A stretch of DNA of 64,000 nt, taken from positions 6,706,729 through 6,770,728 of the forward strand of contig OZ037770.1 of the NCBI GenBank assembly GCA_964035545.1. Direction: 5' to 3'. Positions within the stretch are counted from its first letter, which is position 1; each line of letters begins with the position of its first letter. This DNA comes from Bugula neritina. Its lineage: Eukaryota > Animalia > Bryozoa. The translations under genes were made by a program, and so were the position numbers. Positions 12,358 to 24,845 of the stretch are shown here, piece by piece. Under the pieces are notes generated by a model. It ran no database searches. It saw only the letters and a list, made by a program, of their open reading frames with translations, and was not told the DNA's origin.

Positions 12358-15300
12358 GATGAATTATTGATTACTGACGAACTTTTATATTTTATAAAGC
12401 CTTTGTACAGCGTTGTTTTTCTTAGAAGTGGTTTGTTTTATCAAATATGTAGTAGTTTAGATTGTGTGAATCATATATTTTGTTATAAAAAACTCTCCAA
12501 CTACTATATAGTAACCTGTGCTTGTCAAGCGTTAGACTGAAGATGAAACAAAATAATACATGAAGCATGCTTTTTATTGCCAATGCCACTATACTCATTT
12601 TCAGAGTTAATTAAATGAAATTTTAGTTAAAATGTTACATTAAACGGGATGCATGACAGTAGGTAAAATTGTGGAGAATATATTGTGAAATATTATATAA
12701 ATAGTAAAATGTTCTGTTTTTAGAAATAAAAAAAATTGGGTTGAAGTTTAAATTCTAAATAAATGATACAACAGTAGAGGTTTGTTTTGCTTTAACGGCA
12801 CTGAGTAGTTTTTTGCATTATTAATTTGAAGTTTTAGGCGTTGATAAATAGAGGTTCAGCTAAGTTGCATTAGGGGATTTCTGTAAGAGACTGGTCAAAA
12901 CTATTACATTGTCAATAGTAGTGCTACCATAATTAGTAGTAAATATTTTTATGTCTTCAAAGTTTTCACTAATTCTATGAAATCGGCGACGTCTTATTTT
13001 GCTAATATCTGCTTGCTTATATAATCTTTCAGAGCAGGCTATTTTATAGACTACTTTTGTAGCTGTTTTTTACTCTGTTTTCTTTTCTTCAATATTGCGC
13101 TGGGAACTTCAAGAAGAACTCTTTTAAATATTATGCAAGCAACCAAATCAGTTGGAGGTAAATCTGTTGAAATAGTAAAAAAGTCAGTTTTTCATACCAC
13201 TCCTCCACACGACAGCTGTAGTAAAAGAATTTTCCTATTTTCTTTTCAACTAACCATTGGTAATATTGCTAGTAGTTTTTTTTATCATGTGTTTCGGATT
13301 TTCACTTTTCTTCAAAGACATTACTCATATGTTTCAGTTATTGTTTGAGTGTTGTGAGCTCTTAACATCAGTGTTATCAGCTTCCAAATTATGAGTGAGA
13401 ATAATTCCCATTGTAAATAAGTTGCGCCATGAGTTGGTTTCAGAAATCATATATTTTATTTCGCAGATTTTAGTTTTGTGCTTCTGGCATCACTCATCAA
13501 GCATATTAGTAAATTTAAACCGTTACAACACAACTTATCAAGCATAACACACCGTAAGGGCCCGATAAATATCGAAGCATGGTTGCTAGCTACAAATAAG
13601 ATAAGTATTTTTCGTTTTACGCTAACATCGTAGAACTTCTTTTAGATGCCGGCAATTTGTTTTCTGTCACATAGTTGGTTCGTATAGTTTAGAGGTATTC
13701 TACTTCTACACAACTACTGGTGGTTGTTAATGAGATGGTGGTACGATTACTGTCTGATCAGGGATGACCTGTTTAAAACAGTGGCAGCCAGAGACAACAA
13801 CAGAAGGTATTCCTTTTGTTGTATACCACTTATGCAGTATAAAACTTACTCAAATAACCTAAGACTTCAGTTTATTGAATATGATTAATAAGCTAAAAAC
13901 ATGCTGCTTGGAATGCTGGCAAAATATAAAAGCCATGACAAACTTCTCAAAACTTTAAGAGAACTGAGCCTTTTTGGCTCATTTTATATTTCGTTTACAG
14001 TAATAGTACTGTATAGTAAAAAGATTCAAGAATCTTTACCCAATAATGAAGCATCAACTAGCACATAATGACCGTTTACTGCCTGACTAATAACTCAAAA
14101 GTCACATCTGCAAGCAGCAACAACCTAATTAAAACTTTTCAATCAATTACTTTTACAGCAGCGTTTGCTTTCTTTCAACATAGAAAGCTACAAAAGAGAA
14201 TTATAATAAAAGCCGTTTGAGGGTTTTGCTTCTTCAACATTTACAGCTGAAAATCAGTGAAATAAGTAAATAAAATGGCTGCTTAGAAAACACAGTCATA
14301 AGTAAAAACTAAAAACTTAACTCAGTGCTAGAGGTAATGTAATAATTTTATGTGTAGAATGTTATAATTCGCTGCATGCAATTATTTGTGTGGGTTGCTA
14401 GCTGATTGAACACAGTGACTCTTTGTGAGAGTACTTGGAACACAGTGACTCTTTGTAGGAGGGTATTTATGCACAATAAATAAGAAACGTAATACTCACA
14501 ATCCCTTTTATTTTACTCCATAATATATATAAATCCAAAAATAGCAGTTAGGGAGGACAACTCCTTACATCATATGGAAAACTTACTAGTAAACTGGTAA
14601 ACAAAGTATAAGATAATTAACTAAGTGTATAATTGTCCTGGCTTGGTAGCTCCGAGATGTGTCCTGTTGTGCTGCTGGCTGAAGACTCACTCTACTGAGA
14701 TGAGGGCCTCCTTTTATACATTGGGAAACAGTCCAACTAGAATGTTCCGTGCGAATTCGAGGGAATTCGCTCGAATCGCAGGGGATTCGCAGGGCTAGAA
14801 TAAAGGAATCGCTCGAATTGAGCGAACTTCGCAGGGAAATCCCGGTTATCTTGATTATATAAGTGTTCCTGTGAGCCGTCAGAAACAATAGCTAATCCAG
14901 TCACGTCAGTAGTAATAAGTAGCTGGGAATAATAGCTAATCCCATCATTGCCAACATAACACTTAGCTGTTACAGTACTATGGCTATGTAATGATGTATA
15001 TCTAAGAAAACACGCATTCCATGGGAATGAAGTTAATAATAGTAAGGGAAATACAAGCATTAGTTATACTATACACAATTTTACCACAGTATATCTTACA
15101 TTTACTGAAATAAAAATCTAACAATACTGTAAAAAAACCATTTCCACAAGCATGAATTGCATCATTCTGTAGTGGAAGTAGAGAACTTGAAAACTTGCTG
15201 TCTTATCTAGAGCTGAGTAGCTTTGTTTGCATATTGGGATGTCCATGGATAGTAAACATTTAAGATTCTTCCAGTACACCCGTGTCGGCTCAAGCACTTC

Positions 15301-15834
15301 TCTAGCACTTTCACCAAACTAGATTGTACTGGCTTCTCGTCTTAAACAATGCCTTCAAGTAGTCACTTGAATTCTGCCAATTCTTTGTTGCTTTTTCAAC
15401 CGCCCAAACTCCAATTAAACATCTGTTTAATAAAATTTGATATAAAATTCACCTGTTGGTCATAATCAAAGCAGTAATGTGCAACCTCCAATTCAAATTG
15501 ATCTGGGCAGGTATTTGGCATCGGGTTTTGATCAAGTCAGATATAACCATAGCTGCCAGCTCAATGCATTTCCTCATGTGTACCGGAGCTTTAGCAGTGT
15601 TTTATATGCTATTTTGTTTGTTTATACAGTTCTCCTTTTCAGCTTCCGAATGATTGATTAAAATATGCAACGTAATGTTTTAAAGTTAGTTACAACAACT
15701 AACTGCAAATATTTCAAGAACAGTTTATTGAAACTCACAGGTTGTAATTGCAGTTATGCTGCTGGCAAATCAAGCACAGATCTGATGAGGACAGCTTTTA
15801 AAACTTTTCTAACCGTCACGAACGAACTATTTTA

Positions 15835-16090
15835 ACAGCTGCATGAAAACTATAGGAATAGTCCATGTAAATAGACTTCATAATTAGATGAGAAGGCAAG
15901 ACCTGAACATCAGTTCTAGAGAAGCCTAGAAAAAGAACCACTTTGGTATGACTACTGTGTTCCATTTATCCCACAGCAAAAAATCTAAATATTATGCTCA
16001 CTATCTGCTACACATGCTGGCTACAGATTTGATAAAGGCAACGATAGATTGTGTTTCTTCAAATGTGATTGCTTTGTTGTTACACCCTTT
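15835..16090. repeat. Dispersed ~300-bp repeat, copy B
   Basis: Diverged direct copy of 8709-9007 with an internal deletion. Confidence 0.8.
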
Positions 16091-16349
16091 GTAGTTCTTC
16101 GTCAAATATCCGGGATGCTAAAACCTGAAGCCACAGCCATTTGGCCAGGGCGTGCTACTATGGGTTAACTATTTAATCAACAAACTGACAACTAGCAGTC
16201 GTTGCATAGGCGATAAAATCGATGAGATGACCTATTTGACTGAAAAGTTATGCTAAACGCAACGCTAATAGCTTCATAGACTGTTAGATGTTCATTACGT
16301 TATGCTACTTTTACTACTTAAAATAATTATGTTATGTGCTCACTTTACA

Positions 16350-17841
16350 CTCCCCTCTTTGATTCGTCCTAGAATGGCAAATCACAATGCCTCAGGGTGG
16401 CCTTTACATATAGTGCCATTTATGAAGGCTGTGTACTACTACATGAACTTTGACTGCTTTGACGATTTCTGTTTTAACAAGTGAAACCTTTTTTTGCTAT
16501 CAGTCTAGTGTTAGCTATGTCAGGCTTCCGCTTCAAGGGTAGGGGCATAGTGTAGAATCCGTCTTTTTGTTTGCTGACATTCTGAGTGATATTCATGAAT
16601 TGGTTATCATTCTGGGAGAGAGTAATTTGTTCCGTGTCGTCAGTGGCCTCAAAGTCTCGTTCGAGAGCACTTATGATCATATAGAGTGGGAACTCATTCT
16701 TAGATTTAAAATGAGTTTGTTGGGTGCTCTGTTTTTGGTTTCTCTTGATTACCTGACCCACACTGTTCTAGCCAAAGGGTTTTTGGACAGATATGGTCTC
16801 CTCGATTACCAGTGGGATGTACTTGGTCAAATAACTTGATCTTTTTTCATCTGGCAAAGCCTCGTGTGCTATCGGAGATATGAAACCGCATTTCCATTCG
16901 TTATATTTCAGACTTGAGAGGATCACCGTCAAAGTCTGTTGGTTCCGCTGTGGGTATTCCAGTTGTGTTCATTGATTTGGTAATTGCATTGATGAGAGTT
17001 GCTGTATCGCAAGTTGTTGTTTCTGCAGATATCTTGAGATGACTTCTTGATTTATTTCGTGGTGGTGAAGAAGCTGCAGATGTTCGTTCAGTTGGTCTAG
17101 TTACTGCCACTAGTATTTCAGTGTGATTAGGTTTGAGATTGGTATTGTGGTAAAATAGTTTCATTAAAAACAAGATGTTGTGTCAAAAAGAGACTGCTCT
17201 GACTTTTTCGCTTCTTTGCTGCATTGTTGAGAATTTTAGATTTCTGCCTCAGCTTCTATTTTCAGGATTATCTTTCTTTGACTGGCTTGTCGCTTTTTGG
17301 ACGTAAGTTATTGCTCCTTGGAAGCAAGTTCTGTTCTTGGATCTCTAGCTCTTCGTCTATCTTTTTAGCTTCAGGTTCAGCCTGCAGTTCAATTCTCTTA
17401 GCATCAGCATTGGTAGCAGCTTGTCGTAGCCGCCTAGAGGATGTAGTTGTTTTGTGTGTAGAACTAGATTTATTTGATCCAGAACAAACATCATGCGTTT
17501 TAAAATAAGGTTATATTTGTATCTTTTGTATGAGATAATCTGGTATGCAATCTATTCATGATTTTTTTCAATCCAGCCCTATAATGTTGGTTAGTAGTAA
17601 GCTCGTTATACATATCATAAATAAGTGGTAAACTGTCTTTCACTTCCTGTAATAAATCATCAACACAACTAGGCTGGTCAGCTATTCTGGTCTCAATCGT
17701 TTTATTTTTAGACACCTGTTTGTTAATAGCTTGACTTAAAATTTTCATGTGTTCCTGCACTAGAGTTTCCTGGACCTTTTGTGTCAGCTCTTTATACTTA
17801 AAAAATTTTCTGGTTGTTACAGTGCCATTTTCTGAGTGCAT
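16350..17841 (-). mobile_element. BEL/Pao LTR retrotransposon, internally deleted remnant
   Basis: Gag-like 'AEPTDFDGDPL' (16901-17173), pre-RT 'LSQNDNQFM...DGFYTMPLPLK' (16474-16761), and a polypurine tract AAAGAGGGGAG followed by TGTA (minus strand, 16360 to 16346). Confidence 0.75.
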
Positions 17842-19359
17842 TTACATGGTTTCTAGTTAATTAGTTCAATTTATATTACATAAAGTAGGTGTATATGATA
17901 ATACACTAAGTATGACAGAGACACCAACGAACTGGAAGCAGTAAAAAATACTGAACAAGTACCTAGTGAAACCACATTATAAAAACACTAACTACAATGC
18001 AAAAGGAAAGACCGCAGGCGCACTGTGTGATCCATGCACAAGGCATATTCAAGGCTATGTAAATTGCAGAGCTGCAATGCACTGTCATTACTGTTTAGTG
18101 TTCACCCATCAGTTTGATCAGTTGTGGTGAATTTGCAAGCATTTTGTTAATTTGTCAGTTTCCCACTTACAATAGCTAGGAAAAGGTAGCACACTAATTT
18201 ATCAAAAACTAACAATTTTTAGAGTGACCCAACTCAAATAGTTTAAATCAGGTAATCAAGTATTTTAATAGTTTCTCAGGATAGTAATTTGCTTTTTCAT
18301 AAGAGCTATAGCAAAACAATTAAACTGAACTTTTAATTAGGTTACTTATTCAAACTGTCACTTGGACTTAACATTAAACTAGCCTCATCAGCTTAACACT
18401 GTATAATATATGAAGCATGTGTACTCAGCTGTCTCTATGGAGTTGATTGCTGAAACTTCCTGGTGGTTTGCTCAGATTTCTCAAGACAGGCATCTGTAAA
18501 AATTTTGAGTTTTTATCTCACAGATGAGGGAGTTTCCTACTGTAGCGTCGCCACTAACTATTGAGTTATACTGGTGTGGGTGTTAGTAACTTTATTTATA
18601 CTTATTCCAACTGCCGTAAGAAATTGTAAAAACAGGTCAACATATGCAGATATAATATTATTTAAAATAAAACAAACACCAAATTGTTTATGAAGTTGTA
18701 AGGTGTTCAAACATATATTCATATTTTGAATAAATCACCTCTTGCCTTCTTTTACTGGCTAGCTAGGGTGAGTTCGACTCTGGGAAGCTGTATTACAGGT
18801 CTACTAAACATATTAAAATTTGTAATAAAAGTAACATCAAATAACAGCTACCATTAGACAAAAGTATTTAATTATATCGATTGAGATAAGTAAGAGTGAA
18901 TGTGTCACATGAACAAAAATTGAACTTATATTCAATGTTGATTTGAATTAATAGCTGCAGTAAAATATTGTTATATGTAAAAATAAAACTTTAAACTGCC
19001 AATTAGGGTACTATTTCGTGACAAACTGATCAATTACTGAAGAGCCTGCCTTTGGAATTGGTAATTTTATGAGAAACTTGTTGAGTTAACACAAAACCAT
19101 AAAATTTATCATGCACTGGTCGCACTGGCATTCCAAAAATTGTTAAACTCCTGAACATGTTAAACCAAATGTTTGTTATTATAGTTGAAATAGATCAAAC
19201 ATACCTAACAAGAGCTTCAACCTATGACAAATACTGAAAAACATAACTAACCTGTACCTCTTTAAATCAATTCCAACTCAAATTCAATTATATTTCATTA
19301 ATTATATCAATAAAGTCGATTGTAATTGATGCGATGAGACTTGCATCAATTGCTGGGTA

Positions 19360-21172
19360 GGGGAGGCGGGGACGCATTGGGACAAAATAATGATTTTCGC
19401 AGCTCTAGTAAGCAATTTTTTTTACTGATTCTACTGCAACCAGAGACTATAGTGCATCAATGTGTTCTACTTCTGCAGATTATTTCATAAAAACAATGTA
19501 TAAGTATTTTGGCAACATAAGCACTTTTTCTGATGTCTTTTTAATGTCCCAATGCACCCCGATGCAAGGGTGCATTGGGACAACAGCGGGGTGCATTGGG
19601 ACTATATTGAAACATCCAACCAAGGGGAATATTTTGCATAATATAATTGTATTTGTTTCAAACAAAACATTTTATTTGTGATTAAATAATATTAGAAGTG
19701 ATTAACATGCACATATTGTATTGAAATCTTAAGCATTCTGTTAGATATATTTGCTAAGGTCGACTCCGAATGTCATCTGTTCTGCGAGTCTTTAGGTTCT
19801 ACCACATTTGGTAGGTGGAGGAAGAATCAAGATAACCTGGTCATCATCAACGTCACATCTTTCCTCAGTGGCAGTAAAGTAGCATGAGCCAGTTTGTGCT
19901 CGAAAGAGTTTCACATTTGAACTGTTTTTTTCCAGATTGCGTTCTTCCACAACACCTACATAGTGGACAAATCTCTTCTTTGTAGCATATTTTACCAGCA
20001 CATAATCCCCAAGATTAATATTCTCGGGATTAATGTTCTCCTCAACATCGTCCACCTCGCTGCCGCTACTGTCATCTACTAGCTTGGCCAATGGTATATT
20101 TGATTCGTCATCACTGGTCTCGGGAGTTGAAGATCTTTTTCTTTTGTTACTGCTTTTGTGTGTTTCTTTTGCTGGGCTACCAAGGGCAACTATTGATTTT
20201 ACCCGATTTATGTGTCTCCCTTTGCGAGGTGCAGCTTTTTTGAATGGTTGAATTTGCTCTGGAGTGTAACTTGAACTAGCTTGCAAAGTGATTCCAGAAC
20301 TAGTAGATGGCTCACTAATTTGGCTAGTTGGAACGGGCTGGGCTACATTGAGATGTAAAGGGGTAGGATCAACAACACTGTCATCATCCTCAGCTGGATT
20401 AACTCGGTCTGTCACAGTAGCCGCCATGAAATCTTCATCAGAAATAACATCTGGATTGTAAGGCGAGATGCCAGTGACTTTAAAACTAGAGATTGTGTTT
20501 GACGGAGTGACCGCTCTGGGATAGGAGTCACCTTGCTTTGTATTTCTACCTGCTATTATCTTCGGTGGCACATGGACTGTAGTCAACGCTGTCTCATCAA
20601 CATTATAAATGTCAGATGACTGAAACTTGTAGTGCTCATAGGCTTTCTGGAGGTTGTTAAAGAATTCATTGGCTGTTGTTTTGTTTAACGCAGTGGCTCG
20701 GCTGAGGCTAGTAGCTTCTGGCATTCGTACAGAAAGTTCCCTGTGTCGCTTCATGAATCCATAGAGCCAGTCTTCACCTATAAATTGATTGACAATAGTT
20801 ATATTTTAATGAATTCCAATCTATGGAAATTCATTTTAAATCAATTTAGTAATAACGTAAAATAGAGAAAATAAACAAACCTGCTTGGCTATTGGTGTCC
20901 CAGCTAGTTGGATAGATAAGCTGATTCATCTTTGCATATTCAAATGCCAACTCCATCAGCATTTTCCGTGTAAGGCCAGCATGCATTTTTGAAGCAACCA
21001 AGAGGTACTCAGACAAGGCACATTCCTGGTCATCATTAAACACTTTGGCATGGTTGTATCTCGGCTGGTATGAGATAGCGGTGATAGCTTCGCCTTGAAT
21101 GATGGCCTCCCTTGCTTTAGTGACATAGCGTGCAAGTGAAGACTTGCTAATGTTGAAGTCTACTGATGCAGC
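19360..21172 (-). mobile_element. pogo/Tigger-like (CENP-B HTH, DDE_1) transposon, internally deleted and 5'-truncated
   Basis: TA plus TIR GGGGAGGCGGGGACGCATTGGGACA at 19360, with the GCATTGGGAC motif repeated at 19545-19602. Coding: 'AASVDFNISKSSL...FNDDQECAL', intron ~20779-20881, 'EDWLYGFMKRH...IYNVDET', then a jump to 'AVTPSNTISSFKVTGISPYN' with the DDE core missing. Confidence 0.85.
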
Positions 21173-24100
21173 CCTTGAATGTAGCGTAGCAGCCTTTTCA
21201 CAGCAGCTACATGTGTTGGGCTTGGTCTATCAAGGTATTGTGATAGCTTGGAAACTATCCAGCTAATGTCGGGTCGTGTTCCGGTCATCAAGTATATCAG
21301 GCTTCCAATAGCTTGGCGATAAGGGAACTGTTGTTTGATAAATTTGTTGTGTTCTTCATCTGTTGCTTTTTTCAATACAAGTCCTTTTTCTGCTGGAGTA
21401 GCAGCTGGCTTGCATTTGTTCATTTTAAATCTGTTGAGGATTGACTCAGCGTAGCATTCTTGGCTGATCTGGAAATTTCCATTTTTAAGTCTTTTGAAGT
21501 CAATTCCTAGAAACCAGTTGATTTCTCCACGATCATCCATTTTGAATTTGTTGTTCAGCATTTCCTTTGTGGTGCCAATCAGTTCTAGGTTGTTGCAGGC
21601 TATTATAATGTCGTCTACCCAGAATAAGATGATTATCTGGTCTCCGTTTTCTGCATGGTAAGTGTAGACGTATTGATCACTTTGGTTCGGTGTGAATCCC
21701 TGTTATTTAAGGAAGTCGGTCAGTATGCTGTGCCAATTCCTGCCATTTTGCTTTAGTCCATAGAGAGACTTTTTGAGATGACAAGTGAGAGGAGTTCCAT
21801 TAGAGTCTGTCTGTTCGTATCCTGGAGGTTGTTGAACATAGATGTCCTTGTCAATTGGTGCGTTTAGGTAGGCGCCCTTGACATCCATTTGATGTAGGTG
21901 TAATCCCTCGTTGGCAGCTTGTTGTAAAAGTGTACGGATACTGACAAATCGTGTAGTCGGTGAGAAGGTCTCCTCGTAATCAATACCGTGTACTTGTGTA
22001 AAACCCTTGGCAACATAGCGTGCTTTGTATTGTAGTTCACCGGCAGTTTTTCCTTGCTTCAGGGTGTAAACCCAACGTCCTCGTGTTTCAGTGCCGTTGT
22101 CAGGTAAATCTGTAAGTTCCCAGGTCTCGTTGTTGTTAAGTGTGGTGACTTCGTTGTCCATAGCTGCTTTCCACTTGTCAGAATTTTCAGAGTTGATGGC
22201 TTCATCATATGAGGATGGGATGAGTTGTGTAGCAGCGTAGGCGTAGTCAACTGTAGCCATGGTGTAGTAATCAGCAAGGTGTTTGGGTGGTCCAGCTTTG
22301 CGTTTTGGTCTGTCAGCTGGAATTGCTGGAGTTGTCTGCTCACCGTCAGTAGCTTGCTCTGTTTGGATTGGTGTAGTGTGTTCTTCGTCAGTATGTTCAA
22401 AGTCGGTAGGTGTGATGTCAGTAATGTCAGTGTCTTGATGTATGCGTATGTTGCGTGTAGTCAGTATGTTATTGTTTCTGCTATTCAATACATAGTATGC
22501 TTGGTTTAATGGGTTGATGCCCAAGAAGGTGCCGTGCTGACCACGTGCATCGAACTTCTGTTTTTGGCCCTCGATGTAGAATGTACACTTCAAGCCGAAT
22601 CTGTGTATGTGCTTCATGTCTGGTTTTCTCCCAGTGAACATCTCGTAAGCAGTGGCTCCAGTGCGTCTTTGATAGGCACGATTCCTCAAGTATTGGGCGT
22701 AGCGAACAGCGTAAGGCCAGTAGGACTTGTGTAGAAAAGAGTCAGATATCAGACATCGGGCCATCTCTAGCAAGCTTCACCATGTCCGTTCAGCTTTTCC
22801 GTTCTGATAGGGAGTGTAGGGAGCAGTAGTGGAGTGTTTTATGCCATTGTTCTGTAGAACAGTTTGAAATGTAGCGCTGACATATTCTCCACCATTATCA
22901 CTGTGTATTTCTCTTATTTTTCCAATAGGGGCTACATCAGCAATAAGCCTTTTTAGGGCAGTCGTCGCTTTGTCTTTTGTGCGTAGGGTGTAGACAAATA
23001 GCATGCTAGTGTATTCATCTACAAAGTTTATCACATATCTGTGTCCTTCACGTGATGTAGGTTCTATCGGTCCGCATATATCTGTATGCACACGTTCCAG
23101 AGGTTTTGTAGCATGTTTTGGAGTAATGTCCTCTGACTTTGGTTGTCGCGTAATTTTGTTTTCTATACAAACTTGGCAATTTATGGTTTGTTTGGTGTTT
23201 GTAACTTTTATTCCTTGTGTCACTTTCTCCAAGGATAGAATGTCGTCATAGTTCATGTGTCCTAAGGTTAGGTGCCATTCATGAAGGATTTTGACTGTGA
23301 AAGTTGAGTTAGTTGAGTATGTATTCTCAGTTTTTGTCAAGTTAGCTGTCTGAGGTTCAGTAGTAATTGGGTGGTCAAGTGTGAGGTCAGTCATAGCTGT
23401 TACACTCTGCTGTATAGCATCTGTAGGCAAAAAGAACAAATTTCCTTCTCTGATGAAATTGAAAGTTGTGTTGTGTGAGGTCAGGTTAGCAGTATTTTTA
23501 GTAAATGTTACTGTACCTCCTGCGTCTGTTGCAGTTCCTACTGAGAATTAGCTTGCTGGGAATTCTGGTGCTAGCAGAGCATTCGGGAGTTTGACTATAT
23601 GGGGCGTGCTGTTATCCAGTATGGTGTATTCAGCTACTCCAGTGTGTTGCTGTTGTGACCATCAGCGAGTTGTATATAATGTTTGTTTGGGTCGAAGTCT
23701 GGGTCGTAGCTTGTAAAATGTCTTTTGTCATTGACAATGTGGCAGGTGGCTCCACAGTCAACTAGTAGTTTGTCTCTTGTCAAGTTTTGTCTGGGTGATT
23801 TGTGTGTAGTTGTGTCAGCGTGTGTTAGAGTAGCAGTAAATGAAAAGTTTGTCATTTGATGGTGTGTTGATGTTTGCAGTGCACTCTGTGTTTTCTTCTT
23901 CTGAAAACATACGCTTTCAACATGTCCATTTTTGTGGCAGAAGTTGCAGGTGAGTTTAGACTTCGATCTGCATTCTTTGGTGCTGTGGTTGGCACGTCCA
24001 CATGAGAGGCATTGTTTGTTGGCTGGCTGAGAGTTACGTCATGTCTGTGAGTGTATTTGTGGCTTGTATTTATAGTCTTCTTTAGCTGCTAGTGCTGTAG

Positions 24101-24672
24101 AATGTGCGGTAGCTCTGGTAGATTCAGTGTTAGCATGGTTGTGTAGAGCGGCTTTAAATTCTTGTAATGTCTTTTTTGATTCACTTTGTGTGTGAACTAC
24201 CACAAATGAATTATAAGACGCAGGCAGTCCTTTTAATAGCATAGCGATCACTAAATTATCAGATATGGTCTCACCTGCTAGCCTGAGTCCTGTAGCAGCA
24301 CTTTCAGCGCGTATTAGGTAGTCAGTCACGTCTTCAGTGTCAGTCATAGTAATGGTAGTTAGAATTTCATAGAGTGTCATGATGCGAGGTTTTTCTGTGC
24401 TGGCATAATGGTCCCTCAGAATTTTCAGAGCATCACATCCATTGTTCTCAGCATCATTCATGATGAGTTGAAGTGATTTTTCATCCAATACTTGTACCAA
24501 CTCAGCATATGCTCTTCTGTTTTTCTTATTGAAACCTGTGTCCTCAGTTTCATCACTTGATAGGGGAAGAATGGCCTTGTGTACTCCACTGTCCAGTGTG
24601 TATAAGTAATTTATGAATCTCGTTTCCCAGATTTTATAAGCTGTAGAGTCTCCATTAAATTGTAGTTTGCTC

Positions 24673-24686
24673 CTGGGCCCATAACC
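24673..24686 (-). other. Copia primer-binding site GGTTATGGGCCCAG
   Basis: Immediately follows the LTR end ...TCAACA. Same sequence type as the Drosophila copia PBS, which pairs with the internal/anticodon region of initiator tRNA-Met. Confidence 0.85.
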
Positions 24687-24845
24687 TGTTGAGCTAGAGG
24701 CTGATGCCATCTTTGTAATGTTAATTATTGTGATTAAATAAGTAGAGTTGTAATTCACAGAACCATTATATTTTATGTATTTTGAGGAAGAGGAAGAAAA
24801 AAAGAATTGCGGGTAATATAATAATAAAAAAAACTGATTACAACA
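24687..24845 (-). repeat. Copia 5' LTR (outer end at 24845 or ~24982)
   Basis: TGTTG...CAACA termini. Inner end fixed by the PBS; two candidate outer ends exist and there is no second LTR to decide between them. Confidence 0.6.

Larger units (their letters stand above)
21160..24845 (-). mobile_element. Ty1/Copia LTR retrotransposon, degenerate and 3'-truncated
   Basis: Domain order gag (24039-24711), two CCHC knuckles (~23905-24015), protease LLVDCGAT, integrase (HLTLGH/CQVC, DICGP, SDNGGEY, ERTW), RT (YKARYVAKG, MDVKGAYL, SLYGLKQ, WVDDII). Several stops; RNase H and 3' LTR absent. Confidence 0.93.

Noticed and set aside
14455-15100. Solo LTR bounded by TGTAG...TTACA
   Set aside because: No matching target-site duplication, PBS or PPT at the candidate ends.
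15150-19260. Fragmented minus-strand host gene (exon-like pieces near 15200-15650 and 18420-18800)
   Set aside because: The pieces contain stops, one implied intron would be only ~30 nt, and no domain is recognisable.
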